DNA of 37,563 nucleotides from Batkoa obscura (Eukaryota): NCBI GenBank assembly GCA_030770535.1, contig JASVEC010000169.1, positions 1 to 37,563 of the forward strand, read 5' to 3'. Shown piece by piece: positions 23,747 to 34,200 of this stretch (position 1 is its first letter; each line of letters starts with the position of its first letter). The notes under the pieces were generated by a model. It saw only the letters and a program-made list of their open reading frames with translations, ran no database searches and was not told where the DNA came from. The position numbers and the translations under genes were made by a program.

Positions 23747-24565
23747 ATGATTGAACTTTACGATTTGGTAAACAAGAAAGATGGCAATCATTTTAGTCCA
23801 TTTTCATGGCGTAGTATAATGGCTTTAAAACACAAAGTAAATCGATTTGTTGTATGTTGTTAATGATTTTAATATTGACTTGAATTATTATAGGGGATCG
23901 AATTCACTCAACATGGCCTTACATTTACTGAAATTAATGAACAAATACCAAAACTAAGGTAAGTAAATAGTTAGTTTTTAATATTTATTAACTTACATTA
24001 CATTAATTAATATTATAAAAGTAATGGAGAGTGGGATAAAGTACCATTTATAAAATTTGATAATAATAATATTGTTTATGATTCCACTAAGATAGCTGAT
24101 TATCTTGAAGAAAGATACCCTGGAAACCCATTATTCCCAAATGGTCGTTATTTTTCCAGTTTTTTGGAGAATCATGCTAACATCTTTGCACCTTTATTTC
24201 AATCTATTATATTAAATGTTTATGATTCTTTATTACCAAAAGATCAAGAATATTTTCGTAAAACTAGAGAAGCTTGGTTTGGAATGACATTGGAGGAGTT
24301 TGCTGGTAAAAAAGAAGGTCACAAAGAAGCAATAGAAAAGCTATTCTTACCTTTTCGTATGAGTTTAGTTAATATTAAATATTTAGAAGGAGACAAACCA
24401 AGTTATTCTGACTATGTTCTGTTTGGTCACCTCAAATTTGTTCAAATGACTTCCATTTCTACCTTCGATATGATTGTTACTAATCATCAAGATCAATCTT
24501 TAAAAGACTGGTGGGATTCTATTCAAAGTCTTAATGATGGCTTTGCTGCTTCTTTTAAACCTTAG
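23747..24565 (+). CDS. Glutathione S-transferase, LigE beta-etherase/GSTFuA-like (232 aa); exons 23747-23836, 23894-23958, 24022-24565
   Basis: MIELYDL...FSPFSWRSIMALKHKGI, KVPFI...DSTKIADYLEERYP, YFRKTREAWFGMTLEE, GDKPSYSDY; two GT-AG introns keep the frame. Confidence 0.9.
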
Positions 24566-24726
24566 TTTGATAATATTAAGATAAACTGAAAATAAAAATA
24601 TACTTAATATATTATCATGTATAACTATATATAATTTATTATAATTTGAGATAAGACGGAGGACCTTTTTGAGGTGATGATAATGTATTTCAAGTAATTT
24701 AGTATTTATTTGCCTAGACACAATGT

Positions 24727-24823
24727 GGAAATGTGTTTTTTTGTTTAAGAATTTTACTAACAATCTTTCTGCTCAAATAGCGCTTAAAAAATGGAAAAGT
24801 AATGAAATAAAAAAAACATCCCC
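24727..24823 (+). mobile_element. MITE copy 10
   Basis: ggaaatgtgttttttt...gctcaaatagcgcttaaaaaatggaaaagtaatgaaa...aaaacatcccc; flanks atgt/atat. Confidence 0.92.
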
Positions 24824-24840
24824 ATATAGTTATAATATTT

Positions 24841-24937
24841 GAGGATGTTTTTTTGGCTTCATCACTTTTTCCCTTTTAGGCACCATTTGAGTGAGAAAAA
24901 TCATTAGTAAAATTCTCAAACACAAAAATACATTCTT
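24841..24937 (-). mobile_element. MITE copy 11 (inverted relative to copy 10)
   Basis: gaggatgttttttt...aaaaatacattctt; flanked by direct repeat attt/attt. Confidence 0.9.
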
Positions 24938-25479
24938 ATTTCTATTTTAAATGTTAAACAAGTAAAAAGTAATAAAAATTGTTATACATATCATTTTTTA
25001 TGTTGTATTTTAAAATTTAGGCTATGGCTTAAATTATTCATTACTATTTTATACTTCAGAAGATTCGATAAGCTGTTTAATGGAAAAACTTTATAGTTAC
25101 TGTATCATACCTTAATCAAAGCATTTACACATCTGTCCAAGTGGGCTACATTTTGTTTAAAATTGAGTCACAGTTTCTACAACTCTATTGTGACTTAAAT
25201 AATCATTCATTAAAAAATAAAATTTAATAAAATCAGAATAAGTTATAAATACTTGGACATTAAAAAACTAAAAAAATAAACATTTGACTCTAGAAATTAC
25301 TGCAAGTCATAATATAGTTGCAGGAGTATTTAAGATAAAATTACATATTTCAAAAGTAACAATTAAATTTATTTAAGATTGTTATAAAAAAATCAATATT
25401 AATGGATGATCTAACAGTAAAGAAAGATATATAAATATAAAATAGAAATCAATCGAAATTAGCTTCAAAATTATAAAAA

Positions 25480-25743
25480 ATGAGAAATTTCAATCTACTC
25501 TGTCTAATACTATTCTTTTTTATATTTATACTCAGTAACAGTAGTGAAAAGTTAATATCTAGTGGAAAAATAAGCAAAGGTAGTAGACATTTACTATCTT
25601 TATTTGGTTTTGGTTTTGGATCTCAAGCTATTGCAGGTGCTTTTGTTTTTATTATTAGTAAAGTTATAGAGACAATTACTCGAAAGATATTCAAAACAGT
25701 TACTACTCCACTTTTAAAAGCTAAAAAGAAACTAATCAAATAG
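25480..25743 (+). CDS. Small secreted cationic amphipathic peptide precursor A (87 aa)
   Basis: Signal peptide; gapless paralog of 26062-26325 (42/87 identical by hand count); TATATAAA about 50 nt upstream. Confidence 0.8.
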   Translation: MRNFNLLCLILFFFIFILSNSSEKLISSGKISKGSRHLLSLFGFGFGSQAIAGAFVFIISKVIETITRKIFKTVTTPLLKAKKKLIK

Positions 25744-26061
25744 AGTCTTATCACTCAATAAACTATTTATCTTTTTGTGAATAGAATTTATGTTATCATG
25801 TTGACTTTTAAGCTATTCCAAAAACTTCCTTGAAGAAATTTATAGAGATTTTATATAGCATTTTTAATGTAATATAAACAGTTGTATTTAAGGTAATTTA
25901 TATTTATAAAGCATTTTTTTAATATTTTGAAAGGTATAAATTAATTTAAAAAGACAATTTGGGAAAATTAATAAAAATCAATATTAAACTTTGGATGATC
26001 AGAAAATAAAAAAAGTATATAAAAAAGATAATCAATAAATACAGGCTTAATATTACAAAAA

Positions 26062-26325
26062 ATGAGGAATTTTAATTTGATATATTTGACAGTAGTCCTT
26101 TTAATTCTTATACTTAGTAGTTATGGTAAAGAGCTGATTGATAGTAGAAAAGTAAGTAAGGGTAGTGGAAAAGTATTATCATTTTTAGGCGTTGATTTTA
26201 AATATCAAGTTGCTGCAAGTGTTGCTGTATTTGTAGCTAGTAAAGTTGCACAAGGAGTGGTTATAAAATCTGCCAAAAAAATTACATCCCCGCTTTTAAA
26301 AGCTAAAAGTAAATTAATTAACTAA
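26062..26325 (+). CDS. Small secreted cationic amphipathic peptide precursor B (87 aa)
   Basis: Tandem paralog of 25480-25743 with the same length and shared upstream motifs. Confidence 0.8.
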   Translation: MRNFNLIYLTVVLLILILSSYGKELIDSRKVSKGSGKVLSFLGVDFKYQVAASVAVFVASKVAQGVVIKSAKKITSPLLKAKSKLIN

Positions 26326-26841
26326 GTTAAATCGATTTGTCAATTTCTTTTATTTTATCATTATTAATTTTTAAAATAAACTGGTTTACTATCAAGTGCT
26401 GTTAATTTCTTTTATATTTTATGTAACTTTGTTGATTATTTGGTTCCCATCATCATACAGATTAGAATAGTAGATCTAAAGAGTTTATAGAAGATATAGG
26501 CTAATTTTATTATAAACTGTTGAAAGTATTGCTCAAATAGATGTCGCGTTATTATTAAAATAAAGAGAGTACCCAAATTAAGAGATATAGTATCAAAAAC
26601 CTCAAGATCCTTTAAATCTGTTTGAAACGTTAACTTTAACTCATACTTTTTTATAATTTGATGTTAATTTATACAAAAAATAGAAATGATAGGAGCAGTA
26701 ATTTAGGAAATCGTAAATGTATTTTTTGAGGTGCTTCTTTAGTTTGGGAACTCAAAACAATAGAATACTTTTTTTTTGAAAATTTTAATTTTTACAAGCA
26801 TTAGTTGTTGGAATGGTAACAAAAAATTTAATTAAATATAT

Positions 26842-26940
26842 GGGTATATTTTTTTTTGGTTTCTTTGCTTTTTCTATTCTTTAAACACTATTTGAGTGGA
26901 AAATTATTAGCAAAATTCTCAAACACAAAAATATATCCCC
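26842..26940 (-). mobile_element. MITE copy 12
   Basis: gggtatattttttt...ctatttgagtggaaaattattagcaaaattctcaaacacaaaaatatatcccc; flanks atat/atgt. Confidence 0.88.
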
Positions 26941-27384
26941 ATGTTTTTTGTCAAAAATTCACAACTTAACTTCGTACTACTCAAAAAGTGGACAAAATAT
27001 TAAGGAAAAAAGGTAGTTTCATATGCTAAATCATTACTATTCTAATACAACCGTTAAAGTACAAATGGGCAATGACTAGTGGTAGCTTTTGTAACCAATA
27101 GTTTGTATTATTGTGCTTATTTACATCCAAATATTGGAATTTTGTTTTGAAATGAGAAGTAATTTATTATGATTAATACTTTACCAGCAATACTACCGAT
27201 TAAAATCAAACTCTAAAAAGGTAGATCGTTTGATCAATGAGGCAGAATTGAAAGTAGTGAGAAGATCAATAATAAACAAAATAAAAAATATATAAGATTT
27301 TACATTTGATAAATTAAAGAAAAGATACATTTTCAAAAACAGATTCAACAAAAGTAAAAGTTATTTATAAACCAATATAAACAA

Positions 27385-27708
27385 ATGAAAGTGATAACTA
27401 TAATTTTAATAATGGTTTCTTTGGTCCTATTTTACAATTGTAACCGTGTTTCTAAACTGCAATTAATAAGAAGGAGTATCAATCAAAACCCAAAGCCTTT
27501 GATTAGAAAGTTAATTAGAAGGAATCATAAGTCCATTAATTTCATCAAAAACAATTTAGTTGACTTGAATACAAATGGCGTGTTTAGCAGAAATAAAGAC
27601 AATGAAGACAAAAAGGACAAAAAAGAAAAAAAACCACTATTTGCTTGCTCATTCAACCTACCTTTCCTAAAAAAATCATCATCAAGTTTTGAGGATGACT
27701 TAATATAA
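27385..27708 (+). CDS. Small secreted protein (107 aa) with two LIRR dibasic sites
   Basis: Hydrophobic N-terminus MKVITIILIMVSLVLF, upstream TATATAA, AATAAA directly after the stop. Confidence 0.65.
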   Translation: MKVITIILIMVSLVLFYNCNRVSKLQLIRRSINQNPKPLIRKLIRRNHKSINFIKNNLVDLNTNGVFSRNKDNEDKKDKKEKKPLFACSFNLPFLKKSSSSFEDDLI

Positions 27709-27984
27709 ATAAAGTACAATAAATATAGTAATTCATTTTGAATTTTAAAAAATAGAATAAATTGTACTTCATTGTTACTCTTTTAATTAAAATAAGATTT
27801 CTCTTATAACTCGAAGCTTTATAAATTATAAAAACATGTAACTGTAGTTTCTTTATTATAGTGCTATCTATTAATTTATGATAATTTCAAGCTATATAAG
27901 AAAAATCAAATCTAAATCACATCAGTGGTAACTTGAATAAGTGGCTGATAAAAGGTTTATAGTTTATTTATTACTGTTTTAAGT

Positions 27985-28440
27985 TTAGAGTTTATCATCC
28001 TCGTAGTCCACGGGCTTACTCATATCGACAGGCACACTTCCAGTTTGCGGTTCTTTTGGTTTAGGGACCTCACCATTTGTGATAGTTTTTACTGTTTTAC
28101 CGAGTGCTTTACCAACAGCCAACCCTGCAACTCCTCCAGCAATTTCTCCTTTATTAATATCATCAGCATCTTTATTTCTAGTAGCATCTGTAACTCCTTT
28201 TCCAATTGCTCCAATCCCTACCCCAAGTCCACCGGCGACATTATTAAGTGGATTATAAATACCCTTTTCCTCTTTTTTGGTAACAGTGGAGCCAAAAGAA
28301 GTGCCTAGTGAGCTTATAGTTGAACCAAGGGTACCACCAAGGAAGTTAAATGCGTTACCTTCTCCAGGATAAGCAGGAAGAGCAAGTAAACTATTATTAG
28401 ATATCAATGCTAAGCAGATTAAACTATTTGTTAATTTCAT
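27985..28440 (-). CDS. Secreted glycine-zipper repeat protein A (151 aa)
   Basis: Signal peptide; three GxxxG-rich hydrophobic segments; paralog of 29328-29837. Confidence 0.85.
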   Translation of the reverse strand: MKLTNSLICLALISNNSLLALPAYPGEGNAFNFLGGTLGSTISSLGTSFGSTVTKKEEKGIYNPLNNVAGGLGVGIGAIGKGVTDATRNKDADDINKGEIAGGVAGLAVGKALGKTVKTITNGEVPKPKEPQTGSVPVDMSKPVDYEDDKL

Positions 28441-28473
28441 TTTTGATTTATATAGTTTCTATAGTTAAATTGC

Positions 28474-28526
28474 TGACTATTTATAATGCTATTAGCCATT
28501 ATTTAATAGATCGATTATCATGATAA
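28474..28526 (-). promoter_or_regulatory. TATA box (TATAAATAGTCA) and TTATCATGATAA palindrome upstream of glycine-zipper gene A
   Basis: The same TATA 12-mer and TCATGATA recur at similar spacing upstream of paralog B (29873-29920). Confidence 0.5.
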
Positions 28527-29327
28527 ACATATTTTATTATTTATTTTAACCAATTCTAACATTAAACTGCATTAATGAAATCAAACTTATGCGACTGTAT
28601 TGTAATATTGAAGTTTAAAAACTTAATTTTAGCCAGGCGGTAAACAATAATTTAAATTGTTATGTCTGTTTTATTGCAATGTATTGTTAATGCTTATCAA
28701 TTGGCCTATTATCCTTAAAAATCAGTGTTTTTGATATCGAAAGCTTTTTTCATGTAATGGAAAAAGCTGAATGAACTATAAAATGATTTATGTCAAAGTT
28801 GCCCTTTATCTAATCAATATCAGAATATTCACTTAAGTGCTGTGTTCGTTCAACGAAAAAAGAGTTATGACTGTTTACGGTATTAAAGATTATCCTTAAA
28901 TCAACCAAAAAACTATTATTAAATACTTCATTGACCTTATTGTATAAGTTTATGGAAAGTGGTGAATTCTTTTCGAAAAGTTCAGTCATTATACTCACTT
29001 TTTCACTCTCTTGTTATTTTATATTTAGATTCCTTACCAGCCTTTGATCTAGTATGAATATGTGGTAAAACTCGCATTTGAAAAAATGAAGGGAAATAAA
29101 ACATCGTTATTTTTATTAACATATTACTGATTGATATAAATGCAAAAGCCATACTTGAGAAAGGTAGAGACAAAGGTAAGACAAGATAGTAGTAAAAAAG
29201 CAATTACTCGTTTGTTCATTTACCTAACTCAATTTCTTTGAGAAATCAGATGAAATAGGTGATAGTAATTATTAGATAAAAATCTTATTAACTTACCTTG
29301 AACCTTTAGTTTTTGATAAATTTAACT

Positions 29328-29837
29328 CTAAAGTTTATCATCATCATAATCTATCGCACCATCTTTCACAATGACATTTTCTTTAGGTTTGGGTGTAGAT
29401 TGTTTAGTTACTTCTCCATTTATAATCGTTTTTAGTGTTTTTCCTGCTGCTGTTCCAAAAGCTACACCTGCAACACCACCTACAACCTCAGCTTTAGTAG
29501 CTTTCTCATTACCAAATTTGGCTTTTGTTGCTGCTGTTACTGATTTTCCAACGGCACCGAAGGCAGATCCAAGACCACCAGCAATAATATTGACTGGATT
29601 ATCTTTATCTGTTTCTTTCTCTTTTTTCGTAATTGCAGAATCAAATGAAGTGCCTATAGAGCTCATAACGGAACCTGCCGCAATTCCAAGGAAACCAACT
29701 GGATTGACTTTGTCAAAGTCTTTTGATTTAACTTGACCAAAACTAAATGATTTACCTTGTCCAAATTTAATTGGAAATGAATATAGAATGTTATTTAATA
29801 CTAACGCTAACCCGATTACATTAGTGAACAGTCTCAT
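29328..29837 (-). CDS. Secreted glycine-zipper repeat protein B (169 aa; start ATG at 29837)
   Basis: MRLFTNVIGLALVLNN aligns with MKLTNSLICLALISNN of paralog A; shared GTSF..TKKE, NP...AGGLG, GGVAG, GKT.KTI.NGEV and DYxDDKL end. Confidence 0.85.
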   Translation of the reverse strand: MRLFTNVIGLALVLNNILYSFPIKFGQGKSFSFGQVKSKDFDKVNPVGFLGIAAGSVMSSIGTSFDSAITKKEKETDKDNPVNIIAGGLGSAFGAVGKSVTAATKAKFGNEKATKAEVVGGVAGVAFGTAAGKTLKTIINGEVTKQSTPKPKENVIVKDGAIDYDDDKL

Positions 29838-29974
29838 TTTCAATCTATACAAAGCTGTAAACAATTTGTTTTTGACTATTTATAGTATAGAGTAGCATAC
29901 ATAAATGATTTTCATGATAGCCCTTTTTAAGAAAAAATTTAAATCTGGCGTACAAATCTAATTTTTTTTTATAT

Positions 29975-30068
29975 GGATATCTTTTCTGATTTCACTGTTT
30001 TTCCATTTTCTAAATGCTATTGAATCGAAAAATTATTAATAAATTGTTAAACAAGCATACTCATGCTC
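29975..30068 (-). mobile_element. Degenerate MITE copy 13
   Basis: gatttcactgtttttccattttctaaatgctattgaatcgaaaaattattaataaa matches the family core; termini eroded. Confidence 0.6.
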
Positions 30069-30323
30069 ATGTTTCGTAAATTTAGCAGTTCCCTTTTAAC
30101 AATTTTAAAGTTCTCTCAAAGTCCAAATCTCATAAAATGATATATTTTATCTGATTAGATTAAATGTATACCTTTAGTCAATAAAAAAATAAAATTTCTA
30201 TTACTACATTTTTATTATATTGAAAGAATTAGATTACAAAATGATTGATGGTGTATAAATGGGCACAAGGTTAAAGTAGAAAAACAATACTATATAGTTA
30301 CATACTAGTGTAGTAATATCTCA

Positions 30324-30404
30324 TTTGGCTTCATTACTTTCTCTGTTTTTTAAGCGCTATTAAGTAAAAAAAAAGGTAGTAGATTAGATAAAAAAGATAT
30401 TTAC
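30324..30404 (-). mobile_element. Degenerate/truncated MITE copy 14
   Basis: tttggcttcattactttctctgttttttaagcgctattaagt matches the family core. Confidence 0.65.
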
Positions 30405-31202
30405 ATGTGTATTTCTAAAAAATCATTTTATCAACTAATGTTTTAAAATTTATATCAAAATTCTAATAAACTATAAGTTAAAACACTGCCAAATAAAATA
30501 TTACAATTTAAGCTTGAATCATCAGTCTATTATGAAATTTCGAAGAGTACATATTACTTTTAAATTGCAAAATTTGAAAAATCTATTTATCTAGTGTTCA
30601 ATAAAAATTGAAAATTTCAAAATAAACTAGAATCTAAGCTTGTATAATTTTAATAGATTCACTAAAATGACAAATGAAATGCTATAAATGGATATTGATG
30701 TTAATTTTCAAGTTTGAAAACTAAAAAACATATTTATTGAAAAATTAGCTTAAAATTAAGACAATAATAGCTAAATGCCAATAATTGAGCTTCTATGATC
30801 TTTAAGTATAATAAGAATATTCACTAGTAAAGTATAAATCATAAATGATAAGAACCGTCTATTTCTTTATTTATAAAAATCCAAAGACCAACAAAAAGGA
30901 TCCTTTTTAATGCTTTCATTATTGTAGTTAATTTCCAGGGGGGAGTAGTTACCCAAATTAATTGGTTAAATTAAATTAAAGCCACCAATTGAGAAGCTAT
31001 GATTGGTTGAAAATTCAGTTCTTAATAAAGTTGTTCAATTTTCCACCCATTTAAGCTTAAAAAAGACAAATTGAACTGCTTTTTTTTAATTAATTTAAAT
31101 TATTCAATCAACTAAATAACTTTTATTGAAAGTTATTTATTTTATATAACTATTAGTCTTTTTTTTATCATTATTAACATAAAGCGATAATTTTATTCTA
31201 TC

Positions 31203-34200
31203 ATGTTATCACCAACATCAACCGATCGACCATCCAGTAGGATTTCAATTAATTCAACAGCTTCACAAAGTACCTCAGTTAAAGTAGCAGTAAGGGTACG
31301 TCCATCCGCGAATAAAGCAAGAAAAGGTACACCAATGAATCATGAAAATATAGCAATACAAGTGTCCATGCCATTAAAAACTATATTTTTACCAACATCC
31401 AAACAAAGCTATGTATTTGATTATGTATTTGATGATACTATTACTCAACCTACTATTTATGAAACAGCTATTGATCCCATGGTTGCTACTTTTATGTCTG
31501 GTTTTAATGTTACCGTACTTGCTTATGGTCAAACTTCATCAGGTAAAACTTATACTATTGGGACATCTGGGGTAGAGGATTCTGACTCAGAAGGTATTAT
31601 TCCAAGAGCTGTGCGAAGCATCTTTGAAAAATGTAATCAATTGGTATCATCTGAAGAAGAAGTGGAACTGGAACTTAAAGTATCTTATTTAGAACTTTAT
31701 AATGAAGATTTATTTGATCTTTTAAATGGCGGTGTTGGAGCTGGTAAATCCAATGTAGCTATTAGAGAAGATAAAAAAGGTCGAATTATTTGGTCTGGTG
31801 CTAAAGAAGTAATAGTTGCCTCTTCACAAGATGTTTGGAAGTAAGTTTTTTTAAGTTGAAATTTCTTTTGTTATTAACTCCTATTTTAGCTTATTACAAG
31901 AAGGATCTACAAGGAGAAGTGTAGCTAGTACTAAAATGAATCAAAATTCTTCACGTTCTCATGCTATTTTTTCAATTAATTTAATTCAAACTAAAACTAA
32001 AAATCAAATGAAGACCCAATTAAGGTCCAAGTTCCATTTTGTGGATCTTGCTGGTTCAGAAAGTGTAAGTTTAAATTATTATTTAAAAAATGGACTTTAC
32101 TTAGTGTAAATTTTTTAGTTGAAAAAAACCGATGCAAGTGGTGATCGAGCTAAGGAAGGTATCAACATTAATTCCGGTCTATCCGCTTTAGGGAATGTGA
32201 TAAGTGCTCTAGCTGATCCAGAATTAACCCATATTCCATATCGTAATTCCAAATTAACCCGATTATTACAAGACTCAATTGGTGGTAATAGTTATACCGT
32301 AATGATAGCTTGTGTATCACCCAATTTAGCGGATATTTATGAAAGTCAAAGTACTTTGAGTTATGCTCATCGAGCGCGTAATATCAAAATTAAAGCAAAA
32401 AAGAATCAAGAGGATGTAACGGATGTTAAAGCATTAAGAAATATAATATTTAGTTTAGAACAACAATTAAAAAATTCCAAAGATGTTAAAGATGAAGTAA
32501 CACAAGAAGAAATTATGAGAAAAAATATGATGATATTTTCATTAACAAAAGATAGTTTAAAATATCGTGCTACCGTAGATAAATTAAAAAAACAATATAG
32601 TGATTTAATTGAAAAAGTTAGTTCTCGTCGTTCCTTGACTTCTATTTCTAGAGAAGATTTATCAAAGTCATTTATCAGTGAAGATATTTCAGTGACTTCA
32701 GATGCAACCGCAGATACCAATCCTTATATGAATTTTATGTCCATTCTTGAAGGTTATGAAGAAGAACAAAATAAATTAAAGGAAGAAATTGATAACTTGA
32801 ATAAAAAATATTCAAATCAAAAGGAAGAACTTATAGAAGCTCTTACCCAACTGGTTGACGTGGAAACAGAAAACGAAAAGGAAAAGAAAACTGCTCAAGA
32901 ACAAAAAGATCAATTAAGTAACTTGGAAAATAAATATCAATCTCTCTTTAAGGTTGTTACTAGTCTTAATGAACCAATAACTAATTTATTATCTTATGAT
33001 AACTTGGAGTTTGATTCTACTAAGCTTATTGAACTGTCTGAAGAAGAATTAGAGTTAAAATTAAAAAAAATTCAAGAACAAGCTTTATTAATCAATCTAG
33101 AAAAACAAGAGATGTCCAATAAACTACAAACCTTAATTAATGAAAATACTGAATTACGTAAAGACATAGGAACTTATTCCAATTCCTTATCATTACAATT
33201 TAATAATCCAGAGTTATCAAAATTACAAGTTAATCACACAAAAGATGCAAACGGCGATTCAAGCCTTAATGGTTCACCAGCTACTAACCCAGATATTAAT
33301 GTACCTACCGGTACTATTAGTAGCTTAAATTCAGATATGGTATCTGAATTTAATTATTTAGAATTAAAAGAAAAGTATGAATTGATTCAGAGAGAAGCTG
33401 ATACTTTTCGTCAACAATTGGTAGCATATGGTCATTTTAATAGTGATGAGAGTAATCAACATACCATTCAAAAACTTGAAGAAGAAATTATTAGTTTGGA
33501 AAAGAATGGAATGGAAGCGAATGTAAAGGAGATTAATGGGACTGAAATAAAGGAGAAAAAAGTCGATGGAGATATAGATATGGAGGAGTATAAAGTAAAT
33601 GAATTGGAGTTGATGAAAGAGATAGCCGATTTACAACATTTGCTGGCGAATAAGAATGATATTTTGATAGACGCAGAGAGTAAAACTCAACAAGTGGAAC
33701 TTGGATTTAGTAAGTTTAAATTCGAAATGGAAAGGGAGATATTAATTTCTAAAGAAAAAATTCAAAGTTTAATGAGTCAAATCGATATATTAAAAGAGAA
33801 GTCTGATGAGGATGATAAATTGAAGTTGGAATTAAATCATCAAATTGAAACTTATAAACAAAAAATTAACGAATTGGAATATCAATTTAATAATGAGGAT
33901 AAGTTAAAAAGTGATTTAAATCAAGAAATTGAGACGTATAAATCCAAAATAAGCGAATTGACCAATCATATTCAAGAACTGGAAGTTAAAGGTACTACTG
34001 ACGATAAGTTAAAATCCGATATGAATCAAGAAATTAATAGTTATAAACAAGAAATTGACAATCTAAGTAATCAAATTGAAGAATTGAAACTTAAATCAAT
34101 AGAAATTGAAGAATCTTTTAATCAATCTAAAGAAGAAGAAATTGAAAATATAAAGAAAGAATGTGAAAATAAATTAAAATTAAGCGATATTAAAATCCAA

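Noticed and set aside
27988..28008. DYEDDKL/DYDDDKL similarity to the FLAG tag, suggesting a construct
   Set aside because: Differs from DYKDDDDK, is diverged between two natural paralogs, and there is no vector sequence
29838..29864. Upstream extension of ORF 29328-29864
   Set aside because: Non-ATG start; paralog alignment and TATA position support ATG 29837
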